From: Opitutus sp. GAS368
Lineage (GTDB): Bacteria; Verrucomicrobiota; Verrucomicrobiia; Opitutales; Opitutaceae
Length of the DNA: 64,000 nucleotides
Assembly (NCBI GenBank): GCA_945861645.1
Contig: CAMAVZ010000007.1
Span: 1 to 64,000, forward strand
Reading direction: 5' to 3'
Below are positions 8,241 through 17,287 of this stretch, piece by piece (positions within the stretch are counted from its first letter, which is position 1; the number at the start of each line of letters is the position of its first letter). A model generated the notes under the pieces. That model searched no databases. It was not told where the DNA came from and saw nothing but the letters and a program-made list of their open reading frames with translations. Made by a program: the position numbers and the translations under genes.

Positions 8241-9398
8241 TCAGGTGGCGGCGCGTTTGCGGGAGAAACTGATGAGGTGGATGCCGAATTGAATGATGAG
8301 GCCTAAACCCATCATGAGGCAGGCAACGTAGGGCAGAATCCAATTAGGATTGCGCACGACTTGCAGAATCGAAGTGCGATCATTATTTTCAAAGCCGGCT
8401 TGAAAATAGGTGAGGCCCGCATAGCGCAGGGGGTTGTTCATGTAGATCAGCACTTCCCGATCCTCGCTCTTATCATCCGCGGTGAGCTGGATGCGGCTGG
8501 CGAAGTTTTTGGGAATATCGGTGCCCGCATATTTCTCATGCGTGAAATTGAGCAGCTTGACGGTGTGGGTTTGATAATAGCGATGCTGGCGGAGAGTGAG
8601 TTCCCAGGTACGGCCTTGATAGACCACCGTCTGCGGTTGGCCGAGCGCGGGTGACACCAACCAAGTGCCGAGCGAACCTTCCGCGCCGGCGAGCTCGACA
8701 AAAGTCACGGGCAAGTTGCCTTCACTTTCTTTCGGGTTTAAGGGCAGGGGGATGGCGGTGATGCTCGGTCCGATTCCCGCGGTTGCCCGCGCGGGTGGCG
8801 TGCCCGGTGCCGGTGAGCGCCGTTGCAGGGAGGCGTTCGGATAGTAGTCCTTAATTTTTACCTGAAACGGCAACTGGGGGTGTTGAATCGTGCCAGTTTT
8901 GGCCAGCACCGTCTGGGGAATCGCGACGACATCATTATACGCTGGATTCGTCAGATCGAGCAGAGCCAATTCATACTGCCGATAGCTTTCTGAGTAATGT
9001 TTCGTCTGACCTTCATCGATGCGCATGAAACTTTCCTCGGCCAGTAAACCCGTTAGCAACTCGCCCACCAGCAGCAGAATCAAACCGGCATGGGTGAGCT
9101 GGATTCCTGATTTCCGCCACTCAAGCTTGAAGCGATAAATATGGGCCGCGAGTAGATTGATCAGGAGCAGACCACCGATCAGGTAACCACCCGGAAAGGC
9201 GGGGACCGTAATACCAGTGCGCGGAATTTCCTGCATTACAAAAAACGAATGGAAATATTTTTGCTGCACCCCCCAAACGCCTAGATCCACCTGGGCTAGC
9301 GTCGCGGCGAAGACCAAGATGATCGATATCACCAGCAGGACAACGGTCAGACGGATGGAAACAAAGAAATCGCGCAGCAGACGAACGAAGTCGGGCAT
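8241..9398 (-). CDS. Cytochrome c biogenesis protein ResB/CcsB family
   Basis: Three N-terminal TM helices including LTHAGLILLLVG, a large soluble domain, IYMNNPLRYAGLTYFQ, and a C-terminal TM; directly upstream of ccsA. Confidence 0.88.
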   Translation of the reverse strand: MPDFVRLLRDFFVSIRLTVVLLVISIILVFAATLAQVDLGVWGVQQKYFHSFFVMQEIPRTGITVPAFPGGYLIGGLLLINLLAAHIYRFKLEWRKSGIQLTHAGLILLLVGELLTGLLAEESFMRIDEGQTKHYSESYRQYELALLDLTNPAYNDVVAIPQTVLAKTGTIQHPQLPFQVKIKDYYPNASLQRRSPAPGTPPARATAGIGPSITAIPLPLNPKESEGNLPVTFVELAGAEGSLGTWLVSPALGQPQTVVYQGRTWELTLRQHRYYQTHTVKLLNFTHEKYAGTDIPKNFASRIQLTADDKSEDREVLIYMNNPLRYAGLTYFQAGFENNDRTSILQVVRNPNWILPYVACLMMGLGLIIQFGIHLISFSRKRAAT

Positions 9399-9401
9399 GG
9401 C

Positions 9402-10064
9402 TTAGCGGGGCTTGATGGTGGAGAGGAATTCGCGAAAGGCTGTTTGTTCGCGGGTGACTAAGGCGGCGGGACCAATGAGTTTGAAAAACCACGTTTGGCC
9501 CTCATGGGGCACGATGGCTCCCAGCAAGGTGGTGGAAACTCCACTGGCTTGTCCGGTGGCTTCGGCGATCGTTATCTTTAGACCATTCGCCTCAATATTT
9601 TGGACGGAAGCTTCGATTTGGGTGGCCTCAATCGGCCCTAGCCCTACTTGGCCACGCCAGCGGTTGACGTTAGCAAAAAGTCCTCCGGTGTCGCCGGGGA
9701 AGGCCGTGATGGCTAAATCGCCGACCGCTCCGGCCTCACCAGCGATAGCGTAGCTCCCCTTACGCATTGAGCCGAGGCTTTTAGCCGTCCAATGAGCCGG
9801 GGCCGTCCAAAGCAAAGCCATCCCTTCAGCGGTTGGCACGTTCCCCGTCATCGCGCCCGGCGCGCTGGCTGGGGCTGCTTCGCCCCCAATGGCAGGATGC
9901 CCATCGGGAAGGGTGGCGCCGGGTCCCATCTGGGCGGGAGCCGCCGCGGCCATGACTGGCGCGGGGTCTTTTGGGGCCCGGTAGGCCGTGATTTTCTGAT
10001 CCCGACATCCCGTGAAAGGAAGCGCAGCAAGGACCAGCGAAAGGGATACGAGGTGAAGCTTCAT
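9402..10064 (-). CDS. Uncharacterised lipoprotein, first gene of the ccs operon
   Basis: Start moved to ATG 10064 (MKLHLVSLSLVLAALPFTGC = lipobox); LPDGHP motif; ANVNRWRGQ and TWFFKLIGP blocks; 3-bp gap to ccsB. Confidence 0.75.
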   Translation of the reverse strand: MKLHLVSLSLVLAALPFTGCRDQKITAYRAPKDPAPVMAAAAPAQMGPGATLPDGHPAIGGEAAPASAPGAMTGNVPTAEGMALLWTAPAHWTAKSLGSMRKGSYAIAGEAGAVGDLAITAFPGDTGGLFANVNRWRGQVGLGPIEATQIEASVQNIEANGLKITIAEATGQASGVSTTLLGAIVPHEGQTWFFKLIGPAALVTREQTAFREFLSTIKPR

Positions 10065-10206
10065 GTTATTAGATACGGTTGAATGCACAGAGCGACAAAG
10101 TGCAACTCGAACTGGATAATCCACCAAGGCCAAGCCAGCAAATGACAAAATATGCGTAGTCGGGTTTTTTTCGTGCCAAATCATGACGTTGGATTATTTA
10201 ACGGGT

Positions 10207-10911
10207 ATGCAAATTACCCCGCTCGGCGATCAGGCCTTGCTGGTCGAATTGGGTCAGACCATTGACGAATCGACACACCAAAAAGTGCAGTCGGCTTGGC
10301 GATCGCTGGCCGCTGAGCCGCTGCCTGGGGTGACGGAGTTGGTGCCGGCCTACACTACGGTTACGGCTTACTATGATCCGGTCCAAGCAGTGCAAGCGGG
10401 CGCGCCAGTCGACAAAATTGTGGATTGGCTGAGCGATCGATTACGGGAGCGACTGAAAAATCCACCGAAGACCGCGAAAACCAAAGGCCGTACGGTCGAA
10501 ATTCCGGTCTGTTATGAAGGCGAGTTTGCGCCTGATCTTGGGGTTGTCGCTAAACAGGCTAAACTTACTCCCGCGGAAGTTATCACACTGCACACCAAGA
10601 CGGAGTACCTGGTATACTTGGTCGGCTTCGCGCCCGGTTTTCCGTATCTCGGTGGATTGCCAAAAATATTGGCGACCCCACGTCATGCTAAGCCGCGGAT
10701 GGTGGTGCCGGCCGGTTCGGTGGGGATTGGCGGTCAGCAAACGGGCATATATCCCTGCGCGACGCCTGGTGGTTGGAATTTAATTGGGCGCACTCCCCTG
10801 GCTTTATTTCGTCCGGCATTGCATCCGCCCACGTTGCTTAGGGCTGGCGATCGGGTGAAGTTTCGCGCTATCACGCACGAAGAATTTTTGCGTCAGGAGG
10901 CCGGCGCATGA
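10207..10911 (+). CDS. pxpB: 5-oxoprolinase subunit B (KipI-like)
   Basis: MQITPLGDQALLV, ELVPAYTT, GFAPGFPYLG, GSVGIGG.QTGIYP..TPGGWNLIGRTP. Alternative start at 10183. Confidence 0.93.
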   Translation: MQITPLGDQALLVELGQTIDESTHQKVQSAWRSLAAEPLPGVTELVPAYTTVTAYYDPVQAVQAGAPVDKIVDWLSDRLRERLKNPPKTAKTKGRTVEIPVCYEGEFAPDLGVVAKQAKLTPAEVITLHTKTEYLVYLVGFAPGFPYLGGLPKILATPRHAKPRMVVPAGSVGIGGQQTGIYPCATPGGWNLIGRTPLALFRPALHPPTLLRAGDRVKFRAITHEEFLRQEAGA

Positions 10912-11897
10912 TTACCGTGCAACAACCGGGCTTGTTGACGACCGTGCAAGATTTGGGCCGGCTCGGTTATCAGCAATATGGCGTGGTCGTCGGCGGCGCC
11001 TCGGATGCTTTGGCCGCACGCACAGCCAATTTGCTTGTTGGCAATGAGGAAAATGCGGCGGTCTTAGAGATGGCGCAGACTGGCCCAGCGTTGTGTTTTG
11101 CGCAGAGCACATTGGTCGCGTGGTGTGGGGCTGATTTTGAGGCGCAGATTAATGACGAACCTTGTCCGCGCGATCGTCCCGTGCGGGTAGCCGCAGGCGA
11201 CATTCTCCGCTTTGGGTTGGCGCGCCGTGGACTCAGGGCTTGGCTGGCAATCGCTGGCGGTATCGATGTGCCGTTGGTTTTGGGCAGTCGCAGCACTTAT
11301 CGACGGGCAGGGCTGGGTGGCTTGGCGGGACGAGCCTTGCAAGGCGCAGACCAATTCTCCTGCGGACACCCCTCCGAGTGGTCCCAGCAGGTTTTAGAAA
11401 AATTACTCGCCAGCAACCAACGGGCAACGGCGTGGAGCGTCAGGCCCGATACCATCGGCCGCCCCGCACGAGTTGGCGTGGCTCGAGCCATGCGGGGACC
11501 CGAGTGGGATTGGTTTACAGAACCAGCGCAGCAGGCGTTTTTTCAAGCAACGTGGGTGGCAACCAAAGAAGCGGATCGGATGGGCGTGCGGCTCAAGGGA
11601 CCTGATTTGGCCCTCGCGCAACCGCGCGAAATGATTTCTTCCGCGGTCAATGCGGGGATAGTTCAGGTACCACCAGCAGGCCAACCCATTGTCTTGCTGC
11701 CGAGTCGGCAATCCGTTGGTGGTTATCCGCGCTTGGCGGCCGTCGCCGCGGTGGATCTGCGCCATTTCACACAACTTCGCCCCGGTGATTCCATCCGCTT
11801 TGAGGAAATTTCTGTCGTGGGCGCGCAGGATTTACTCCTGACGCAAGCCCGTGACCTCACGCGCATCCGCCTAGGCCTCAGTCGATTGCTGGCTTAA
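10908..11897 (+). CDS. pxpC: 5-oxoprolinase subunit C (KipA-like)
   Basis: PGLLTTVQDLGR, LGSRST, DRMGVRL, QVPPAGQPIVL..RQSVGGYP; ATGA overlap with pxpB. Confidence 0.93.
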   Translation: MITVQQPGLLTTVQDLGRLGYQQYGVVVGGASDALAARTANLLVGNEENAAVLEMAQTGPALCFAQSTLVAWCGADFEAQINDEPCPRDRPVRVAAGDILRFGLARRGLRAWLAIAGGIDVPLVLGSRSTYRRAGLGGLAGRALQGADQFSCGHPSEWSQQVLEKLLASNQRATAWSVRPDTIGRPARVGVARAMRGPEWDWFTEPAQQAFFQATWVATKEADRMGVRLKGPDLALAQPREMISSAVNAGIVQVPPAGQPIVLLPSRQSVGGYPRLAAVAAVDLRHFTQLRPGDSIRFEEISVVGAQDLLLTQARDLTRIRLGLSRLLA

Positions 11898-11903
11898 TTC
11901 AAC

Positions 11904-12653
11904 ATGCGGCTCATTGATCTAAATTGTGATCTCGGGGAAGGCGCGGGTCAGGATGTCGTGCTGATGCCGCTGATTACTTCGGCAAATATTGCATGCGGGG
12001 CTCACGCTGGTGACGAAGCGACGATGCGCGCCACCATCGCGCTGGCTCAAAAACAGGGCGTCGCCATCGGGGCCCACCCAGGATTTGCCGATCAGGTTAA
12101 TTTTGGCCGACGCGAAATAGCGCTGAGTTTAAATGAAATTCATTCGTTGGTACTGACGCAGACGCAGTTGCTCCAAACGCTAGCCGCACAAAGTGGAGGC
12201 ACGGTCCGGCACGTAAAACCACATGGCGCTCTCTATAATTTAGCGGCGCGTGATGGCGCCGTCGCGCAGGCGGTGGCAGCCGCGGTCTGGGCGGCGGATC
12301 CTCGTTTGATTTTAGTGGGGCTGGCGCGAAGTCAATTGATCGCGGCCGGGCAAGCCGCGGGGTTGCGCGTTGCTCAAGAAGTTTTCGCCGATCGCACTTA
12401 TCAAGCCGATGGCACGCTCACCCCGCGAAACGCGCTCGGCGCTTTGCACGAAGTCACTCGTGCGGCGGTAGCGCAGGTGAAGCAGATGGTGAACGATGGG
12501 ACTGTCACGGCCGTGGACGGAACCATGGTGCCGATCACCGCTGACACCATTTGCCTGCACGGCGATGGACCGCATGCGGTGGAATTTGCGTTGCAGCTCC
12601 GCGCTGCTCTGCACGAGATCCCGATTAAGCTGCAAGCGCTCCTCCATGATTAA
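11904..12653 (+). CDS. pxpA: 5-oxoprolinase subunit A (LamB/YcsF)
   Basis: IDLNCDLGEG, SANIACGAHAGD, GAHPG, HVKPHGALYN, DTICLHGD. Confidence 0.95.
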   Translation: MRLIDLNCDLGEGAGQDVVLMPLITSANIACGAHAGDEATMRATIALAQKQGVAIGAHPGFADQVNFGRREIALSLNEIHSLVLTQTQLLQTLAAQSGGTVRHVKPHGALYNLAARDGAVAQAVAAAVWAADPRLILVGLARSQLIAAGQAAGLRVAQEVFADRTYQADGTLTPRNALGALHEVTRAAVAQVKQMVNDGTVTAVDGTMVPITADTICLHGDGPHAVEFALQLRAALHEIPIKLQALLHD

Positions 12654-13338
12654 ATTAATTGGAATTTTAGTTGTCGCCGTTGGTTTCGCTTTGCGCGGCA
12701 ACACGCTGCTGGTGGTGTTGGCGGCGGGGATTAGCACGGGCTTGGCTGCCGGCATGTCTTTTAACGAGATCATGACCTGGTTTGGAAAATATTTTGTGGA
12801 AAATCGCTATGTGACGCTGACGGTTTTGCTCATGTTGCCCGTGGTGGGGTTGCTGGAACGCTACGGCCTGCGCGAACGCGCGGAGACGCTGATCCAGCGG
12901 GCGAAAGCGGCGACAGCTGGCCGCGTATTATTATTTTACACCGCGGTGCGGCAAGTGTCAGTCGCACTCGGGGTTAATATTGGCGGACACGCCGCGATGG
13001 TCCGTCCTTTAGTGGCCCCGATGGCGGAAGGCGCGGCGCAGGCGCGGCACGGCATTTTATCGGAAAAAACCACGGAGGCGATACGCGCGCACGCGGCGGC
13101 CGCGGAAAATACCGGAAATTTTTTTGGCGAGGATACTGTCTTTGCCGTGGGGGCAGTTTATTTGATGAAAGGTGTGCTTGAGACGCAAGGATACCCCGTG
13201 AGTGTCTGGGTACTTTCATTTTGGGGCATTCCCACCGCGCTGGTGGCATTCGGGTTAATGATATGGCGCACGCGTGTGCTTGATCAGCGGATTGCCCGGG
13301 AAAGTAAGCCGCCCTCAACCACGGAGGCGGAGCGATGA
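12646..13338 (+). CDS. DUF969 membrane protein (putative 5-oxoproline transporter subunit)
   Basis: Hydrophobic; GLLERYGLRERA, GGHAAMVRPLVAPMAEGAA, NFFGED. Start moved to ATG 12646. Confidence 0.85.
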   Translation: MIKLIGILVVAVGFALRGNTLLVVLAAGISTGLAAGMSFNEIMTWFGKYFVENRYVTLTVLLMLPVVGLLERYGLRERAETLIQRAKAATAGRVLLFYTAVRQVSVALGVNIGGHAAMVRPLVAPMAEGAAQARHGILSEKTTEAIRAHAAAAENTGNFFGEDTVFAVGAVYLMKGVLETQGYPVSVWVLSFWGIPTALVAFGLMIWRTRVLDQRIARESKPPSTTEAER

Positions 13339-14297
13339 AATTGTTGAACCTCGAGTTATTTTACATCATCGCCGGGGGATTTTTGCTGCTGGTGGCGGGG
13401 CGCATCGCGTTTGAACCGACGGCAGGGAAACGCGTGGGCTCAGCCTTGTTTTGGGGTTTGCTGGCGGTAATTTATTTGGCGGGTAAAGAGCTGCCGCCAG
13501 TGGTGGTTGGTTATATGATTTTACTCATGGTGATTTTAGCTGCGACCAAACAACTCACGGGAGCGCGGCGCTGGGCGGTGACGGCAGAGATGCGTGGGGC
13601 TGCGGCGGCGAAGTTACAGAATTGGATTTTCTTGCCGGCGTTATTGATTCCGGCCACGGCGGTGGTCGGCACGTTATTTTTGAGCGAGCTCCATGTGGGA
13701 GCTTGGTGGTTATTGGACTCGGCGAATCTTACCGTGACATCCGTGTGCTTGGGCGCGGTCGTGGCGGTCGTGGTGGGGTTGCGCTTGACGCGAGCTCCGT
13801 TGATCACGCCAGTAGTCGAGGGAAGTCGCTTAGTTCAAGCCGTGGGCTGGGCGATTATCTTGCCGCAGTTATTGGCCGCTCTCGGTGGCGTATTTTCGCA
13901 AGCCGGGGTTGGTCCCGTAGTGGCTGAATTGGCGGCGCGGGCGCTGCCGACCCAGTATCCGCTCGGCGCGGTGGTGGCTTATTGCGGCGGCATGGCGCTG
14001 TTCACCATCTGCATGGGCAATGCCTTTGCGGCATTTCCCGTGATCACGCTGGGTATTGGCCTGCCGTTTATTGTGCAGCTGCATCACGGCAATCCCGCGA
14101 TTATGGCGGCGGTTGGGATGTTGTCGGGTTATTGTGGCACGCTTCTCACACCTATGGCGGCTAATTTTAATCTCGTGCCGGCGATGCTGCTCGAACTGAA
14201 AGACAAAAATGCCGTGATCAAAGCGCAAGTTCCCCTCGCGCTCGGAATATTGGCGGCAAATATGATCATTATGTATTTTTGTGTTTACCGTTTCTGA
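13335..14297 (+). CDS. DUF979 membrane protein (putative 5-oxoproline transporter subunit)
   Basis: Multi-TM; MGNAFAAFPVIT, GYCGTLLTPMAANFNLVPA.LLELKD; ATGA overlap with the DUF969 gene. Confidence 0.87.
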   Translation: MKLLNLELFYIIAGGFLLLVAGRIAFEPTAGKRVGSALFWGLLAVIYLAGKELPPVVVGYMILLMVILAATKQLTGARRWAVTAEMRGAAAAKLQNWIFLPALLIPATAVVGTLFLSELHVGAWWLLDSANLTVTSVCLGAVVAVVVGLRLTRAPLITPVVEGSRLVQAVGWAIILPQLLAALGGVFSQAGVGPVVAELAARALPTQYPLGAVVAYCGGMALFTICMGNAFAAFPVITLGIGLPFIVQLHHGNPAIMAAVGMLSGYCGTLLTPMAANFNLVPAMLLELKDKNAVIKAQVPLALGILAANMIIMYFCVYRF

Positions 14298-14355
14298 TTT
14301 TTTACGGACCCCACATTTCTCTTATCTACCTCGCGCTCCGTAACCTGCTCTCAGC

Positions 14356-14994
14356 ATGAAAACTATTTTACTAACCGGCTTTGAACCCTTCGGTGGCGAA
14401 ACCCTTAATCCGTCGGCGGAAATTGCCCGTAAACTCCATGGTACGATGATTGCGGGGCATGTTGTGGTGGGTGCGCTTCTCCCGTGCGTTTTTGGCGCGG
14501 CGCGGACGGAACTTAAAAAACAAATTCGGACGACTCGCCCCGCGTTAATTATTTGTCTGGGCCAAGCGGGTGGGCGCGCCGACATCACGCCCGAGCGCGT
14601 GGCGCTCAATCTTGATGATGCACGGATTCCGGATAACGCGGGGCAGCAGCCGGTCGATGCGGTGATCACCCGCTCGGGCCCCATCGCTTATTGGTCCACG
14701 CTGCCAATTAAGGCTATGGTGCAAGCGCTGCAGCAACGCGGCCTGCCGTCGAGTGTGTCGCAAACCGCAGGAACCTTCGTCTGTAATCATGTTTTTTACA
14801 GCCTGATGCACGAACTTCGTGGGCAGAAAAAAATCCGCGGTGGCTTTATTCATGTGCCGTGGCTGCCGGAACAAGCGCCTGCGGGTCAGCCGAGCCTAAC
14901 CTTGGCGGTGCTGACCTCCGCCCTCGCGGTGGCTCTGGAGACCGCGGTCAAAGTTCGCCGCGATGTGCGTCTGCCGGGCGGGGCGACGCATTAA
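14356..14994 (+). CDS. pcp: Pyroglutamyl-peptidase I
   Basis: ILLTGFEPFGG...NPS, ITPERVALN, SQTAGTFVCN (catalytic Cys), GFIHVP. Confidence 0.96.
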   Translation: MKTILLTGFEPFGGETLNPSAEIARKLHGTMIAGHVVVGALLPCVFGAARTELKKQIRTTRPALIICLGQAGGRADITPERVALNLDDARIPDNAGQQPVDAVITRSGPIAYWSTLPIKAMVQALQQRGLPSSVSQTAGTFVCNHVFYSLMHELRGQKKIRGGFIHVPWLPEQAPAGQPSLTLAVLTSALAVALETAVKVRRDVRLPGGATH

Positions 14995-15052
14995 GTCTAC
15001 TCAGCTAGCTGGCATGAGCAGTGGGAGATATTGCCACCCAGCCGAGTGGTCC

Positions 15053-16156
15053 TTAATTATTAAAGCGGAAGAGCGCGACGTCGCCGTCTTTGAAGACGTA
15101 TTCCTTGCCCTCGAGGCGATATTTACCGGCTTCGCGGGCGGCCGCCACGCTGCCCAGGCGCGTGAGGTCTTCATAGCTGACGATTTCTGCTTTGATAAAA
15201 CCTTTCTCGAAATCCGTGTGAATGACGCCGGCGGCCTGCGGTGCCTTCCAGCCCTGCTTGATCGTCCAGCAGCGCACTTCTTTTTCGCCGGCAGTGAAGT
15301 AGGTCATTAATCCAAGCAGGCCATAGGTGCCCTTGATCAGCGCCGATACTCCAGAATCATCGACCCCAAGGTCCTTGAGAAAAGCTTTAGCTTCTTCAGG
15401 GGCCAAATCAATGAGTTCGGCTTCGATGCGCGCACTGATCGGCACGTAAGCGGCGTCGTGGTGGGTCCGCACATATTCGGCCACTTTTTGCACGAAGGGA
15501 TTTTGCTCGGCGGTCGCGAGATCCGACTCGGCAACGTTGCAGGCGAAGAGCACGGGCTTGGCGGTGAGCAGTTGAAAGAGTTTCATCAACGCCACCTCTT
15601 CGGGCGTGGCCACAAGGGTATTGGCCGTCTTGCCAGAGTTCAGGTGAGGCGTAAGTTTTTCGAGGAGGGCTAGTTCAATGATCGCTTCCTTATCACCGGA
15701 CTTCGCATTTTTTTGAGTTTTGGTAATGCGCTTAGCGACGGCCTCGAGATCGGAGAGGACGAGTTCCGTCGTGATGACCTCGATATCGCGCACCGGATCA
15801 ACGCTGCCCATGGTGTGAATGATATCGGGATCCTCAAAGCAGCGGACGACTTGGAGAATGGCATCGACCTCGCGGATGGTGGCGAGGAATTGATTGCCGA
15901 GCCCTTCGCCCTTGCTGGCGCCGGCAACGAGGCCGGCGATGTCCACGAATTCGATCGCCGCTGGTACCACGACATTAGTCTTGGCGATGGTCTTGAGCAC
16001 ATAAGCGCGCGCATCGGGCACGATCACGACGCCCACATTGGGATCGATCGTGCAGAACGGGTAGTTGGCGGCCTCCGCCTTACGGGAACGGGTGAGGGCG
16101 TTGAAGAGAGTGGATTTACCCACATTAGGGAGTCCGACGATGCCTGCTTTTAGCAT
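15053..16156 (-). CDS. ychF: Ribosome-binding ATPase YchF
   Basis: GIVGLPNVGKSTLFN, NYPFCTIDPN, DIAGLV.GASKGEGLGN, TGS domain AAGVIHTDFEKGFI. Confidence 0.97.
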   Translation of the reverse strand: MLKAGIVGLPNVGKSTLFNALTRSRKAEAANYPFCTIDPNVGVVIVPDARAYVLKTIAKTNVVVPAAIEFVDIAGLVAGASKGEGLGNQFLATIREVDAILQVVRCFEDPDIIHTMGSVDPVRDIEVITTELVLSDLEAVAKRITKTQKNAKSGDKEAIIELALLEKLTPHLNSGKTANTLVATPEEVALMKLFQLLTAKPVLFACNVAESDLATAEQNPFVQKVAEYVRTHHDAAYVPISARIEAELIDLAPEEAKAFLKDLGVDDSGVSALIKGTYGLLGLMTYFTAGEKEVRCWTIKQGWKAPQAAGVIHTDFEKGFIKAEIVSYEDLTRLGSVAAAREAGKYRLEGKEYVFKDGDVALFRFNN

Positions 16157-16201
16157 AAAATAGGTGGGTGTAAGGGTCGAATCAGCGGGGGCACTGGGGG
16201 C

Positions 16202-16232
16202 TTGACAAGAGCAAACTTGTGCCGTGCATTCT
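16202..16232 (+). promoter_or_regulatory. Possible sigma70 promoter for rpsP
   Basis: Perfect TTGACA at 16202-16207; the best -10 candidate (CATTCT, 16227-16232) has a suboptimal 19-bp spacer. Confidence 0.35.
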
Positions 16233-16283
16233 CACCCTTTTCCCAACGACACCTGTACTCTTTTAAGCAACCAGACACATCAA

Positions 16284-16538
16284 ATGGCACTCAAAATCCG
16301 TCTTTCCCGCGTCGGCACCAAGAACGAACCGCACTATCGCGTGGTCGTAGCTGAAGAGCGTTCCCGTCGCGATGGTGACGCCGTCGAACAGATCGGCTCT
16401 TACAATCCTCGCGCCAAGGGTAACCCAATGACGATCAAGCTCGACCGCGTTGATTACTGGGTTTCGAAGGGCGCTAAGCCCACATCGACCATGCATTCGA
16501 TGATCAAGCGCGCCCGCCGCGCCGTACCGGCTGCCTAA
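16284..16538 (+). CDS. rpsP: 30S ribosomal protein S16
   Basis: MALKIRLSRVG.KNEPHYRVVVAE.RSRRDG...IGSYNP...YWVSKGAKPT. Start moved to ATG 16284. Confidence 0.97.
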   Translation: MALKIRLSRVGTKNEPHYRVVVAEERSRRDGDAVEQIGSYNPRAKGNPMTIKLDRVDYWVSKGAKPTSTMHSMIKRARRAVPAA

Positions 16539-16567
16539 GTCAGCGATTTTATCGTTGGTAACCCCTT

Positions 16568-16595
16568 AAGGTTCGGCTCGCGCCGAACCTTTTTT
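16568..16595 (+). terminator. Intrinsic terminator-like hairpin between rpsP and trmD
   Basis: AAGGTTCGGC-TCGC-GCCGAACCTT perfect stem followed by a T run. Confidence 0.75.
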
Positions 16596-16612
16596 ATTGG
16601 ATAATCGCTTTT

Positions 16613-17281
16613 ATGCGCATCGACGTACTGACGTTATTTCCACCCATGCTCGACGGATTTTTATCCGAGAGTATGCTCGGCCGCGCGCAAGAGGCTAAGC
16701 TCCTTGAGGTGAAGGTGCACAATCTGCGGGACTGGTCGACCGATAAGCATCACACGACTGATGATCGTCCCTTTGGCGGCGGTGCGGGTATGGTTTTAAG
16801 GTGCGAACCAGTCTTCGCGGCGATCGAGCAATTGCAGACTCCAGGTTGCCGGCGCATTTATTTGACCCCAGATGGCACGCCACTCTCCCCCGCCTTGGCC
16901 TTGGAGTTATCCCAGCAGCAGCATTTGGTCATGCTGAGCGGCCATTATGAAGGGATCGATCAGCGGATTCGGGAAAAAGTCATCGATCAGGAGATCAGTA
17001 TCGGGGATTATGTACTTACCAACGGCACACTTGCAGCGGCGGTGGTGATCGATGCTTTGGCCCGTTTTATTCCCGGTGTACTCGGTGAAGAAAAGTCGTT
17101 GACGACCGAAAGTTTCACCAGCAAGTTGCTCGACTTTCCTCAATTCACGCGTCCTGCCGTTTATCGCGACATGTCCGTACCAGAAGTTCTCCTCTCGGGG
17201 AATCATGGCGAAATAGAGAAGTGGCGGCACGCGCAGCAATTGAAGAAAACTCAGCAAGTTCGTCCCGATTTACTCACATAA
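16613..17281 (+). CDS. trmD: tRNA (guanine-N1)-methyltransferase
   Basis: VLTLFP, DDRPFGGGAGMV, GHYEGIDQR, SIGDYVLTNG, VPEVLLSGNH. Confidence 0.97.
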   Translation: MRIDVLTLFPPMLDGFLSESMLGRAQEAKLLEVKVHNLRDWSTDKHHTTDDRPFGGGAGMVLRCEPVFAAIEQLQTPGCRRIYLTPDGTPLSPALALELSQQQHLVMLSGHYEGIDQRIREKVIDQEISIGDYVLTNGTLAAAVVIDALARFIPGVLGEEKSLTTESFTSKLLDFPQFTRPAVYRDMSVPEVLLSGNHGEIEKWRHAQQLKKTQQVRPDLLT

Positions 17282-17287
17282 CCAGCT

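Noticed and set aside
12496-12645. N-terminal extensions given by the ORF track (also at 9402-10184, 24922, 32883, 35776, 49415, 62402)
   Set aside because: They overlap neighbouring genes or promoters and lack family-like sequence; downstream ATGs match the expected N-termini.
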